64,000 bases of DNA, from assembly GCA_040954595.2 (NCBI GenBank), contig CM082598.2:10059097-10123096 (forward strand), written 5' to 3'. Below, piece by piece: positions 23,601-38,719 of this stretch. The position numbers and the translations under genes are program-made. The notes under the pieces were generated by a model, which was not told where the DNA came from, made no database searches, and saw only the letters and a list, made by a program, of their open reading frames with translations. Position 1 is the first letter of the stretch. Each line of letters begins with the position of its first letter. The stretch is from Balanoglossus misakiensis. Lineage: Eukaryota; Animalia; Hemichordata.

Positions 23601-26130
23601 GGAGAAGAAATCACTCACTCATTAGCAATGATACTGCAAAAGTGGAAGTGACTGATTTTGAGTCTGAAGTTGGAAAAGAGTCCCAGTACAGTGTAGAGAG
23701 GTTTCCAGATTAGGTAGATTTTGCTGTCCAACCATTTTCACACAACGGCCATAAAACTTAAAGAAGAACTATTAAATTACCCAGCCTGATAAGTTTTGTG
23801 GTGTTTGGAAAGTCGTCCATGTCTGATGACACAAGATCAGCTTTTGATTGTAACATGAGACATGATCAGTTGTGTTTTGGTTCAAAAGAACATGACCTGG
23901 TTTAAGAAGCCTTGCAACTTCAGGTGACTACAGAAGGAGCTATACTGTGCCCATTGGCCTTGATTTGACTGAGAAACCATGATTTACTGAAAAGCCACTT
24001 GGAAAAGGGTCCACTTTATTTCTAAACCAAACTTACCTTCAGGAAGATCATCTTGGCTGACTCTTGACTATCTACAGTGACTTTTCTTGCATCCATCTTG
24101 GCTGCAACATCTTTCTTTTCATCCACCTGCATTGCCTCACTTTTCTCCTCTTTCTTTTCCTCATCTGCAAATAAAAATTGTGTTATGTCCAGGAAATATT
24201 ATTTACTTTCTGAGAAGAAACTGGAATATCTAGCTTTGCAAATCAGTTAGTGAAATAAGAGAACGCAAACAATTAATTGTCATGAAATAGTCACCTCTGT
24301 TAATATCGCGAAAAATTTCCCATCACAAAAATTACCAAGATTACAGTAACCTAAAAATATAAAATCCTAATAATGTCCAAAGTTGAAGAATTCTATATGT
24401 ATGACTTAACTTTTGAGACACTATTTCACAACACAAATACTAGTACCTTTGTTCTCTTTATCCAGGAATGAATTTTTTTCCACCTTCTGCTCCTCTCATC
24501 TGTTGAACTTCCACTAACTGAGCCATGTATCCTTTGTCAACCACAGCCTGTTCCATACTGTACAGATCTTGTCTGCAGGCCATGTCGAGATGCTGCAGTA
24601 GTTTGCTGTGAAAAGAAACAGAAGTGTTACATGTGTATGTGTGTTACAGGGCCAGATCACGGCACATCATGACAAAATCTTTGTGAATATGGTGCTAGCA
24701 TCATGTTTATAGCAGATCATGTGTATTCATACTTGTGGGCCAAATGACCTTAATATGTGGTTTGTTGTATGACTTAATTATAACACACACACCCAGTTTT
24801 TTTAATAGTCCTGCTTGAAAGATCACAGAGTGTCTTTGGCTACTGAAAAGCACCACCACAATGAGAGATAACTCACAACACCGAAGAGTAAATCTCTAAA
24901 GTTGTAATTTAAACCAAGTATGGAAATTGGGATGTACGGTAGCTTTGATGAGGAATAATTCTAGAGTTACAACATACCTCATGCTGTTGACTGGTATACC
25001 AAAGGACTGCACAAACAAGACCAACTGAGCTGGTTCCAAGTCTTCCAGGGCTGAAAAAAATGACAAATTCAGGATGAAAACAACAAAAGTTTGGTGAGAA
25101 AAGATCCCAAGTTGAATTGACACACAGATTGGCAGATATTTCCACGAAATATCACATGTAAATGGTGCAACAACAGATTAACCGATCAGGCCATGACAAA
25201 TACTGCACCTCTTCACAAAAACTGCTGGGTTGCAATTTATAGCATAAAATTACTGTAAAACAGGAAATTTTTGTGATATCACAAGAGAGCTGACTATTCC
25301 ATTGCTCACATTGTTTCTTTGCGACCATTTATTTTCACGTTTTTTGGCTCTCACGAAATTCGCAAAAATTTCCCCTTTTACAATAGTATGGTTGGATCTA
25401 TACAATGTATACATTGAATGGGGATGAACACTGGACAGTGGAGCATTCTATATTAAAATTTGGGAAAACATTGAAGCCATATTAAGGTCATACTTGATTA
25501 AGCTGAAAGTCGGCACAGAATCAATTTGAAATTCAATTGGCTACAAAAATTGACTTTTCTGCCATTCTGAGATCTCCATGCTGAGCTCAATTATGTTGCT
25601 GCTTCATATAGTGGTCAGCAATAAAAACTTACTACTGTTACAGTGGTTATACATGTAACTCTTATTAAATGTTTTTTTTTCTTGTTTTATCATGAAATCT
25701 GACAATATCACGAAATCTGACTGTGGGTGGCACGACAGAATAAAACTGGTTTTCGTCTCAACTTTTGTACATGTAGTGATACAATGAAAGAATGACAGAG
25801 AAACTGCTAACAGACAGATTATTATATATTTTTTTACCTTTTCATGTCACTTTTATAAAACACTGCATGGCAACAAATGTGAACCATGAACAATTTGCAA
25901 GACAATGAACTAGAAGTTGAACGAGATTTGAAGACCTGCTCTGGAAGTAATTGATTGACACTCACCCATGAGTAAGATTCCGCATGGGGCTGTGTGGCTT
26001 TCTTCAAGTAATTGTAGAATATATGTAACATGGATGTCAGTGTACATAGTGTTGGTCTGGTCGGCACTTGTTTCTCTACACAGCATGGAGCTGAGTATGG
26101 TGGGCCTTTCTACAATCAACTGAGCTAAAT
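20659..26130 (-). pseudogene. INTS1: INTS1 internal-fragment pseudogene copy, canonical unit (9 exons)
   Basis: All exons and shared lesions present; period 6020 bp. Confidence 0.88.
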
Positions 26131-26678
26131 GTGACAATGTGTAATTAAAGAGAAATATACAGTCAGTGGAGTAAAGGGTATAACACAATCATACTGATGG
26201 AATTCTCACTACCTGAAATAGGTTTTTGCTACCTAGGTGAGTGATGAATAAAGGTCTAATGTCCTCTCTGATATAACATACTAGTGTATGGTAAATGTCT
26301 TTCAGAGATCTACACATTAAAGGGACAAACTCTCTACAGTTAATTCATTTTGGGGAGATTTTTACTCTCATATCCTACAAACGGGATGGAAGTTGTGTGT
26401 GGTCGAACATTGATCCACTATATATCCACATGTAGAATAACATAAATGGTGTCTTGTATCAAACATAATGTATGGAAAAAGGGCAGCGAGAGAGAGACTT
26501 TGTCCCTTTAAATATCATAGCTGGCATACAGTTATAAATATGCATTTTTTGATTTATGTCTTGCAAGTACAAAACTGTTCTTTATTAAAAAGAAATACAG
26601 ACAAGGTGATCCCAGGAACATAAAACCCAAAACTCAAAGCTACCAGACAGATGAGTCTTGAGATAAACGTGGACTTAC

Positions 26679-29600
26679 TTGTCAATCAATCTGGACTGCT
26701 CTTGTAACAACAACTCACTCAATGCTTCACTGGTGCTGGATGATTTTGTTGGCACTTGCATAGCAACAGATAAGGCTTTATTCAGAAACTCTTCTAGTTG
26801 GCTGGAATTGGCGCCTGTCAGCTGGTGATACACTGCATATGGTGCAAAGTCAAACAAAATTCACCCAATCATAAAATGTATCATTAACATGATCATACCA
26901 TAAAAAATGTGAATGAATTACAATTATAGCGTGCGCATATTGAATCATACGAAATCACACCAAATAACGCGAGACTTAGAAATAACATTACATGTGTATG
27001 GTGCCACTTAAACGACACCATTTATTCTTTTTGAGCCTAAATCATGTTTAACCACAACTAGACAACCACAATGACCTTGTGAGAATGAAACCCACCAATA
27101 AATACATGTAGATAATCTGAAGCTATCACAGAAACAGAATGTCTTTGACAAAGTATTGCAAAGCCTTCAGTTGACCGCGAAAAAGTTGACGAAGCATGCA
27201 TGTGGAAAGTGGAGTGTTGATAACAATGTGAATATATGCACGATAGCTTGCTGCGCTCGCACTCAGGTCAAACCTGTTACATATTACCAAAAATGTGGAT
27301 CTATATAATTAACATTGGGTCCGTTCCTTCTTATCCCACTCGTGTTTCTGTTTGTTTGGTGAGAATATCTAATAGGTTAGCCCCTTTCACTCCCAGTTCC
27401 TTCTTTAGAGGTCCAACCTTACCATAGAAAACGATGGGTTTGGACTGGAACATGGCGGTGAAAGGGTTCAGGTGCTTGAGGGAGTGTTAAAAATGCAGAC
27501 TTTACCTTTCTATAACATGTCTCTATCTACAGCCATCCGTCCCTCAGTGACGGCTTCAATGATTTCACTCACTTCATCCAAGTTGCCACCACTGGCTTTG
27601 ATGGGACTTTTCTCACTGCTCAGGGATTTCGCTGGAAGGAAGGACGTAAGACTGGAATTAAGGCATACGTCCCTACATAAAGGGAGGACATTTGGACATG
27701 ATACCACAAATGGTTAATGGAGTTTCTGGGAAGGTTTTCAAATTCCAGGAATTTCCAGGAGTGTACGAATCCAGTTAAGAATTCTTTATGTCATGTGATC
27801 TGGCCATGTGACCTCCAGCATTGTCATTTCCAGGTGACGGCAAACAACATAGTGGCATCCAGTAAAAGTTTTCCACGTATGTAAGTACTTAAGAACCGCC
27901 AGACATGTAACATGTATCAGGTATAGTACCTCATCAGCCTCATGGCATTTTGTCTGCACAGTCTTTGTCTGCACCACGTTGCTGAAGTTGCCTGTCATCT
28001 GGAAAATTGAATGCCAACATATTTGCGCTTGAGCGCGTCTGGCGTCTTTTGATATCAAAGAATAAATGCATTGTACAAACTTGAAACTATGTAGAATTTT
28101 TCTATTTATCCTGTGTGATATAGTGAAAACGCTCAAGTTACAGTTTGTGTATGGTTTTGAGAATTATTTCACTGCTTAAGGTAAGTGAAATAAACAGCTC
28201 ACCTTGTTGTCTGTTGACTTTTTCATACTGGTTGAGAAGTTTTGTAAACACACTGTTTTCAGACTTTGATGAACTCAAAATTGCAGACATTAGCTGGACA
28301 AATCTCATCATATCTTCCTTCTTTTCAAGATGTTTCTAAATGATATAAAGGAGTGAGAGTGAGAATTGTGCATGATTATGTCAGTTTTGAACTTTCATGT
28401 CTGTTTTGGACTGAGAGCTGTTGAATGAGAGAGAGAGAGGGAGAGAGATATCGCGCTCGAACAATCAGGGGGTCACGCAGACGTAATCTTTTCATTGGCG
28501 TGATACTGATATCACCACGTAACTTGCAATTCCCAAGAGTGCGACTGTACGTACGTAAACTGTATCAAATTCAACTCATTCACGTCATATGAGAGGAGGT
28601 ATACCGTGCGAATGCAAGCGCTGGGGGAACCGGGTACCGCCTACTTGAAATGGACCTCTTCCCTTAGTGAAGTCAAATAATCATAATTATCTATCATGTA
28701 AGAAGTCAAAAATGTAAGAGATGTTTTAATAAATATGTCAACTTATTATTTATATTCCCCTGTATATATTCCCCTGTAAATGTCTCATAATTTGAGGAAT
28801 AATATTTTGGAAGCTGAACGGAAGTTGCAACTCAAATCAAATTTCAACTTCTCCAATATATGGAATAACACTATAAGCCTACTGACTTGAGAAACTCAAA
28901 TTGAATTTCAAATTCTCGAACAAACGAAAATATGTTTGAATGTAAGTAATCTTACTATAAAATTGACATGCAATTACCTGTCGTTGGTGAAGCAAACTGA
29001 ACAATGGACATGACAAATGATGTTTTCTGTGTAGATTATAAATAAACTGACTCTCATCACTTGATGTTAGGATTTCTTGCATTGCCAGAATGATGTGATC
29101 ACCAGAATTCTCTGATGAATCAAACAATTTCAGCCTGGAGATTTCCCTGGACAGTGTCTGTGTGAGAAATGATGGCAAAATATTAATATCATTTATTAGG
29201 AAACCTGGCCAGTCACTGAGAAATCTGTCGGCCTTTACAAAGTATAGTTCATAATCTTCTCATAAAATGATAAAGTTGCCGCAAAGGTATACAGTCACCT
29301 ATAATTTACATACGCCCATATATGGCTGAAATGGCGTATTTGAGCGTTCTAAAGGACATATGGCGGCGCTCTTTTTTTCGCGTGTGCCACCCACTGAAAA
29401 TCTGTGATTGGCTAGATCTCAAGTTTACCATGGTAACTGTAGTTAAATTACCATAGGTGACAATATACCTTAACATATCATATTTCTTCTGGGAAGTGTA
29501 ATTGTTTTAAGATCAAATATTACATGTACATACCAATTGTATGCCTCTCAGATATTGTCTTTCCGTTGATGCACTCACTTTGTGCTCACCAATACTGAAT

Positions 29601-32150
29601 AGCTGTAAATATAATCAAAGGAGAAGAAATCACTCACTCATTAGCAATGATACTGCAAAAGTGGAAGTGACTGATTTTGAGTATGAAGTTGGAAAAGAGT
29701 CCCAGTACAGTGTAGAGAGGTTTCCAGATTAGGTAGATTTTGCTGTCCAACCATTTTCACACAACGGCCATAAAACTTAAAGAAGAACTATTAAATTACC
29801 CAGCCTGATAAGTTTTGTGGTGTTTGGAAAGTCGTCCATGTCTGATGACACAAGATCAGCTTTTGATTGTAACATGAGACATGATCAGTTGTGTTTTGGT
29901 TCAAAAGAACATGACCTGGTTTAAGAAGCCTTGCAACTTCAGGTGACTACAGAAGGAGCTATACTGTGCCCATTGGCCTTGATTTGACTGAGAAACCATG
30001 ATTTACTGAAAAGCCACTTGGAAAAGGGTCCACTTTATTTCTAAACCAAACTTACCTTCAGGAAGATCATCTTGGCTGACTCTTGACTATCTACAGTGAC
30101 TTTTCTTGCATCCATCTTGGCTGCAACATCTTTCTTTTCATCCACCTGCATTGCCTCACTTTTCTCCTCTTTCTTTTCCTCATCTGCAAATAAAAATTGT
30201 GTTATGTCCAGGAAATATTATTTACTTTCTGAGAAGAAACTGGAATATCTAGCTTTGCAAATCAGTTAGTGAAATAAGAGAACGCAAACAATTAATTGTC
30301 ATGAAATAGTCACCTCTGTTAATATCGCGAAAAATTTCCCATCACAAAAATTACCAAGATTACAGTAACCTAAAAATATAAAATCCTAATAATGTCCAAA
30401 GTTGAAGAATTCTATATGTATGACTTAACTTTTGAGACACTATTTCACAACACAAATACTAGTACCTTTGTTCTCTTTATCCAGGAATGAATTTTTTTCC
30501 ACCTTCTGCTCCTCTCATCTGTTGAACTTCCACTAACTGAGCCATGTATCCTTTGTAAACCACAGCCTGTTCCATACTGTACAGATCTTGTCTGCAGGCC
30601 ATGTCGAGATGCTGCAGTAGTTTGCTGTGAAAAGAAACAGAAGTGTTACATGTGTATGTGTGTTACAGGGCCAGATCACGGCACATCATGACAAAATCTT
30701 TGTGAATATGGTGCTAGCATCATGTTTATAGCAGATCATGTGTATTCATACTTGTGGGCCAAATGACCTTAATATGTGGTTTGTTGTATGACTTAATTAT
30801 AACACACACACCCAGTTTTTTTAATAGTCCTGCTTGAAAGATCACAGAGTGTCTTTGGCTACTGAAAAGCACCACCACAATGAGAGATAACTCACAACAC
30901 CGAAGAGTAAATCTCTAAAGTTGTAATTTAAACCAAGTATGGAAATTGGGATGTACGGTAGCTTTGATGAGGAATAATTCTAGAGTTACAACATACCTCA
31001 TGCTGTTGACTGGTATACCAAAGGACTGCACAAACAAGACCAACTGAGCTGGTTCCAAGTCTTCCAGGGCTGAAAAAAATGACAAATTCAGGATGAAAAC
31101 AACAAAAGTTTGGTGAGAAAAGATCCCAAGTTGAATTGACACACAGATTGGCAGATATTTCCACGAAATATCACATGTAAATGGTGCAACAACAGATTAA
31201 CCGATCAGGCCATGACAAATACTGCACCTCTTCACAAAAACTGCTGGGTTGCAATTTATAGCATAAAATTACTGTAAAACAGGAAATTTTTGTGATATCA
31301 CAAGAGAGCTGACTATTCCATTGCTCACATTGTTTCTTTGCGACCATTTATTTTCACGTTTTTTGGCTCTCACGAAATTCGCAAAAATTTCCCCTTTTAC
31401 AATAGTATGGTTGGATCTATACAATGTATACATTGAATGGGGATGAACACTGGACAGTGGAGCATTCTATATTAAAATTTGGGAAAACATTGAAGCCATA
31501 TTAAGGTCATACTTGATTAAGCTGAAAGTCGCCACAGAATAAATTTGAAATTCAATTGGCTACAAAAATTGACTTTTCTGCCATTCTGAGATCTCCATGC
31601 TGAGCTCAATTATGTTGCTGCTTCATATAGTGGTCAGCAATAAAAACTTACTACTGTTACAGTGGTTATACATGTAACTCTTATTAAATGTTTTTTTTTT
31701 CTTGTTTTATCATGAAATCTGACAATATCACGAAATCTGACTGTGGGTGGCACGACAGAATAAAACTGGTTTTCGTCTCAACTTTTGTACATGTAGTGAC
31801 ACAATGAAAGAATGACAGAGAAACTGCTAACAGACAGATTATTATATATTTTTTTACCTTTTCATGTCACTTTTATAAAACACTGCATGGCAACAAATGT
31901 GAACCATGAACAATTTGCAAGACAATGAACTAGAAGTTGAACGAGATTTGAAGACCTGCTCTGGAAGTAATTGATTGACACTCACCCATGAGTAAGATTC
32001 CGCATGGGGCTGTGTGGCTTTCTTCAAGTAATTGTAGAATATATGTAACATGGATGTCAGTGTACATAGCGTTGGTCTGGTCGGCACTGGTGTCTCTACA
32101 CAGCATGGAGCTGAGTATGGTGGGCCTTTCTACAATCAACTGAGCTAAAT
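26679..32150 (-). pseudogene. INTS1: INTS1 internal-fragment pseudogene copy, canonical unit
   Basis: All exons and shared lesions present; period 6020 bp. Confidence 0.88.
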
Positions 32151-32698
32151 GTGACAATGTGTAATTAAAGAGAAATATACAGTCAGTGGAGTAAAGGGTA
32201 TAACACAATCATACTGATGGAATTCTCACTACCTGAAATAGGTTTTTGCTACCTAGGTGAGTGATGAATAAAGGTCTAATGTCCTCTCTGATATAACATA
32301 CTAGTGTATGGTAAATGTCTTTCAGAGATCTACACATTAAAGGGACAAACTCTCTACAGTTAATTCATTTTGGGGAGATTTTTACTCTCATATCCTACAA
32401 ACGGGATGGAAGTTGTGTGTGGTCGAACATTGATTCACTATATATCCACATGTAGAATAACATAAATGGTGTCTTGTATCAAACATAATGTATGGAAAAA
32501 GGGCAGCGAGAGAGAGACTTTGTCCCTTTAAATATCATAGCTGGCATACAGTTATAAATATGCATTTTTTGATTTATGTCTTGCAAGTACAAAACTGTTC
32601 TTTATTAAAAAGAAATACAGACAAGGTGATCCCAGGAACATAAAACCCAAAACTCAAAGCTACCAGACAGATGAGTCTTGAGATAAACTTGGACTTAC

Positions 32699-35600
32699 TT
32701 GTCAATCAATCTGGACTGCTCTTGTAACAACAACTCACTCAATGCTTCACTGGTGCTGGATGATTTTGTTGGCACTTGCATAGCAACAGATAAGGCTTTA
32801 TTCAGAAACTCTTCTAGTTGGCTGGAATTGGCGCCTGTCAGCTGGTGATACACTGCATATGGTGCAAAGTCAAACAAAATTCACCCAATCATAAAATGTA
32901 TCATTAACATGATCATACCATAAAAAATGTGAATGAATTACAATTATAGCGTGCGCATATTGAATCATACGAAATCACACCAAATAACGCGAGACTTAGA
33001 AATAACATTACATGTGTATGGTGCCACTTAAACGACACCATTTATTCTTTTTGAGCCTAAATCATGTTTAACCACAACTAGACAACCACAATGACCTTGT
33101 GAGAATGAAACCCACCAATAAATACATGTAGATAATCTGAAGCTATCACAGAAACAGAATGTCTTTGACAAAGTATTGCAAAGCCTTCAGTTGACCGTGA
33201 AAAAGTTGACGAAGCATGCATGTGGAAAGTGGAGTGTTGATAACAATGTGAATATATGCACGATAGCTTGCTGCGCTCGCACTCAGGTCAAACCTGTTAC
33301 ATATTACCAAAAATGTGGATCTATATAATTAACATTGGGTCCGTTCCTTCTTATCCCACTCGTGTTTCTGTTTGTTTGGTGAGAATATCTAATAGGTTAG
33401 CCCCTTTCACTCCCAGTTCCTTCTTTAGAGGTCCAACCTTACCATAGAAAACGATGGGTTTGGACTGGAACATGGCGGTGAAAGGGTTCAGGTGCTTGAG
33501 GGAGTGTTAAAAATGCAGACTTTACCTTTCTATAACATGTCTCTATCTACAGCCATCCGTCCCTCAGTGACGGCTTCAATGATTTCACTCACTTCATCCA
33601 AGTTGCCACCACTGGCTTTGATGGGACTTTTCTCACTGCTCAGGGATTTCGCTGGAAGGAAGGACGTAAGACTGGAATTAAGGCATACGTCCCTACATAA
33701 AGGGAGGACATTTGGACATGATACCACAAATGGTTAATGGAGTTTCTGGGAAGGTTTTCAAATTCCAGGAATTTCCAGGAGTGTACGAATCCAGTTAAGA
33801 ATTCTTTATGTCATGTGATCTGGCCATGTGACCTGCAGCATTGTCATTTCCAGGTGACGGCAAACAACATAGTGGCATCCAGTAAAAGTTTTCCACGTAT
33901 GTAAGTACTTAAGAACCGCCAGACATGTAACATGTATCAGGTATAGTACCTCATCAGCCTCATGGCATTTTGTCTGCACAGTCTTTGTCTGCACCACGTT
34001 GCTGAAGTTGCCTGTCATCTGGAAAATTGAATGCCAATGTATTTGCGCTTGAGCTCGTCTGGCGTCTTTTGATATCAAAGAATAAATGCATTGTACAAAC
34101 TTGAAACTATGTAGAATTTTTCTATTTATCCTGTGTGATATAGTGAAAATGCTCAAGTTACAGTTTGTGTATGGTTTTGAGAATTATTTCACTGCTTGAG
34201 GTAAGTGAAATAAACAGCTCACCTTGTTGTCTGTTGACTTTTTCATACTGGTTGAGAAGTTTTGTAAACACACTGTTTTCAGACTTTGATGAACTCAAAA
34301 TTGCAGACACTAGCTGGACAAATCTCATCATATCTTCCTTCTTTTCAAGATGTTTCTAAATGATATAAAGGAGTGAGAGTGAGAATTGTGCATGATTATG
34401 TCAGTTTTGAACTTTCATGTCTGTTTTGGACTGAGAGCTGTTGAATGAGAGAGAGAGAGGGAGAGAGAGATCGCGCTCGAACAATCAGGGGGTCACGCAG
34501 ACGTAATCTTTTCATTGGCGTGATACTGATATCACCACGTAACTTGCAATTCCCAAGAGTGCGACTGTACGTACGTAAACTGTATCAAATTCAACTCATT
34601 CACGTCATATGAGAGGAGGTATACCGTGCGAATGCGAGCGCTGGGGGAACCGGGTACCGCCTACTTGAAATGGACCTCTTCCCTTAGTGAAGTCAAATAA
34701 TCATAATTATCTATCATGTAAGAAGTCAAAAATGTAAGAGAATGTTTTAATAAATATGTCAACTTATTATTTATATTCCCCTGTATATATTCCCCTGTAA
34801 ATGTCTCATAATTTGAGGAATAATATTTTGGAAGCTGAACGGAAGTTGCAACTCAAATCAAATTTCAACTTCTCCAATATATGGAATAACACTATAAGCC
34901 TACTGACTTGAGAAACTCAAATTGAATTTCAAATTCTCGAACAAACGAAAATATGTTTGAATGTAAGTAATCTTACTATAAAATTGACATGCAATTACCT
35001 GTCGTTGGTGAAGCAAACTGAACAATGGACATGACAAATGATGTTTTCTGTGTAGATTATAAATAAACTGACTCTCATCACTTGATGTTAGGATTTCTTG
35101 CATTGCCAGAATGATGTGATCACCAGAATTCTCTGATGAATCAAACAATTTCAGCCTGGAGATTTCCCTGGACAGTGTCTGTGTGAGAAATGATGGCAAA
35201 ATATTAATATCATTTATTAGGAAACCTGGCCAGTCACTGAGAAATCTGTCGGCCTTTACAAAGTATAGTTCATAATCTTCTCATAAAATGATAAAGTTGC
35301 CGCAAAGGTATACAGTCACCTATAATTTACATACGCCCATATATGGCTGAAATGGCGTATTTGAGCGTTCTAAAGGACATATGGCGGCGCTCTTTTTTTC
35401 GCGTGTGCCACCCACTGAAAATCTGTGATTGGCTAGATCTCAAGTTTACCATGGTAACTGTAGTTAAATTACCATAGGTGACAATATACCTTAACATATC
35501 ATATTTCTTCTGGGAAGTGTAATTGTTTTAAGATCAAATATTACATGTACATACCAATTGTATGCCTCTCAGATATTGTCTTTCCGTTGATGCACTCACT

Positions 35601-38171
35601 TTGTGCTCACCAATACTGAATAGCTGTAAATATAATCAAAGGAGAAGAAATCACTCACTCATTAGCAATGATACTGCAAAAGTGGAAGTGACTGATTTTG
35701 AGTCTGAAGTTGGAAAAGAGTCCCAGTACAGTGTAGAGAGGTTTCCAGATTAGGTAGATTTTGCTGTCCAACCATTTTCACACAACGGCCATAAAACTTA
35801 AAGAAGAACTATTAAATTACCCAGCCTGATAAGTTTTGTGGTGTTTGGAAAGTCGTCCATGTCTGATGACACAAGATCAGCTTTTGATTGTAACATGAGA
35901 CATGATCAGTTGTGTTTTGGTTCAAAAGAACATGACCTGGTTTAAGAAGCCTTGCAACTTCAGGTGACTACAGAAGGAGCTATACTGTGCCCATTGGCCT
36001 TGATTTGACTGAGAAACCATGATTTACTGAAAAGCCACTTGGAAAAGGGTCCACTTTATTTCTAAACCAAACTTACCTTCAGGAAGATCATCTTGGCTGA
36101 CTCTTGACTATCTACAGTGACTTTTCTTGCATCCATCTTGGCTGCAACATCTTTCTTTTCATCCATCTGCATTGCCTCACTTTTCTCCTCTTTCTTTTCC
36201 TCATCTGCAAATAAAAATTGTGTTATGTCCAGGAAATATTATTTACTTTCTGAGAAGAAACTGGAATATCTAGCTTTGCAAATCAGTTAGTGAAATAAGA
36301 GAACGCAAACAATTAATTGTCATGAAATAGTCACCCCTGTTAATATCGCGAAAAATTTCCCATCACAAAAATTACCAAGATTACAGTAACCTAAAAATAT
36401 AAAATCCTAATAATGTCCAAAGTTGAAGAATTCTATATGTATGACTTAACTTTTGAGACACTATTTCACAACACAAATACTAGTACCTTTGTTCTCTTTA
36501 TCCAGGAATGAATTTTTTTCCACCTTCTGCTCCTCTCATCTGTTGAACTTCCACTAACTGAGCCATGTATCCTTTGTCAACCACAGCCTGTTCCATACTG
36601 TACAGATCTTGTCTGCAGGCCATGTCGAGATGCTGCAGTAGTTTGCTGTGAAAAGAAACAGAAGTGTTACATGTGTATGTGTGTTACAGGGCCAGATCAC
36701 GGCACATCATGACAAAATCTTTGTGAATATGGTGCTAGCATCATGTTTATAGCAGATCATGTGTATTCATACTTGTGGGCCAAATGACCTTAATATGTGG
36801 TTTGTTGTATGACTTAATTATAACACACACACCCAGTTTTTTTAATAGTCCTGCTTGAAAGATCACAGAGTGTCTTTGGCTACTGAAAAGCACCACCACA
36901 ATGAGAGATAACTCACAACACCGAAGAGTAAATCTCTAAAGTTGTAATTTAAACCAAGTATGGAAATTGGGATGTACGGTAGCTTTGATGAGGAATAATT
37001 CTAGAGTTACAACATACCTCATGCTGTTGACTGGTATACCAAAGGACTGCACAAACAAGACCAACTGAGCTGGTTCCAAGTCTTCCAGGGCTGAAAAAAA
37101 TGACAAATTCAGGATGAAAACAACAAAAGTTTGGTGAGAAAAGATCCCAAGTTGAATTGACACACAGATTGGCAGATATTTCCACGAAATATCACATGTA
37201 AATGGTGCAACAACAGATTAACCGATCAGGCCATGACAAATACTGCACCTCTTCACAAAAACTGCTGGGTTGCAATTTATAGCATAAAATTACTGTAAAA
37301 CAGGAAATTTTTGTGATATCACAAGAGAGCTGACTATTCCATTGCTCACATTGTTTCTTTGCGACCATTTATTTTCACGTTTTTTGGCTCTCACGAAATT
37401 CGCAAAAATTTCCCCTTTTACAATAGTATGGTTGGATCTATACAATGTATACATTGAATGGGGATGAACACTGGACAGTGGAGCATTCTATATTAAAATT
37501 TGGGAAAACATTGAAGCCATATTAAGGTCATACTTGATTAAGCTGAAAGTCGGCACAGAATAAATTTGAAATTCAATTGGCTACAAAAATTGACTTTTCT
37601 GCCATTCTGAGATCTCCATGCTGAGCTCAATTATGTTGCTGCTTCATATAGTGGTCAGCAATAAAAACTTACTACTGTTACAGTGGTTATACATGTAACT
37701 CTTATTAAATGTTTTTTTTTTCTTGTTTTATCATGAAATCTGACAATATCACGAAATCTGACTGTGGGTGGCACGACAGAATAAAACTGGTTTTCGTCTC
37801 AACTTTTGTACATGTAGTGACACAATGAAAGAATGACAGAGAAACTGCTAACAGACAGATTATTATATATTATTTTACCTTTTCATGTCACTTTTATAAA
37901 ACACTGCATGGCAACAAATGTGAACCATGAACAATTTGCAAGACAATGAACTAGAAGTTGAACGAGATTTGAAGACCTGCTCTGGAAGTAATTGATTGAC
38001 ACTCACCCATGAGTAAGATTCCGCATGGGGCTGTGTGGCTTTCTTCAAGTAATTGTAGAATATATGTAACATGGATGTCAGTGTACATAGCGTTGGTCTG
38101 GTCGGCACTGGTGTCTCTACACAGCATGGAGCTGAGTATGGTGGGCCTTTCTACAATCACCTGAGCTAAAT
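32699..38171 (-). pseudogene. INTS1: INTS1 internal-fragment pseudogene copy, canonical unit
   Basis: All exons and shared lesions present; period 6021 bp. Confidence 0.88.
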
Positions 38172-38719
38172 GTGACAATGTGTAATTAAAGAGAAATATA
38201 CAGTCAGTGGAGTAAAGGGTATAACACAATCATACTGATGGAATTCTCACTACCTGAAATAGGTTTTTGCTACCTAGGTGAGTGATGAATAAAGGTCTAA
38301 TGTCCTCTCTGATATAACATACTAGTGTATGGTAAATGTCTTTCAGAGATCTACACATTAAAGGGACAAACTCTCTACAGTTAATTCATTTTGGGGAGAT
38401 TTTTACTCTCATATCCTACAAACGGGATGGAAGTTGTGTGTGGTCGAACATTGATTCACTATATATCCACATGTAGAATAACATAAATGGTGTCTTGTAT
38501 CAAACATAATGTATGGAAAAAGGGCAGCGAGAGAGAGACTTTGTCCCTTTAAATATCATAGCTGGCATACAGTTATAAATATGCATTTTTTGATTTATGT
38601 CTTGCAAGTACAAAACTGTTCTTTATTAAAAAGAAATACAGACAAGGTGATCCCAGGAACATAAAACCCAAAACTCAAAGCTACCAGACAGATGAGTCTT
38701 GAGATAAACTTGGACTTAC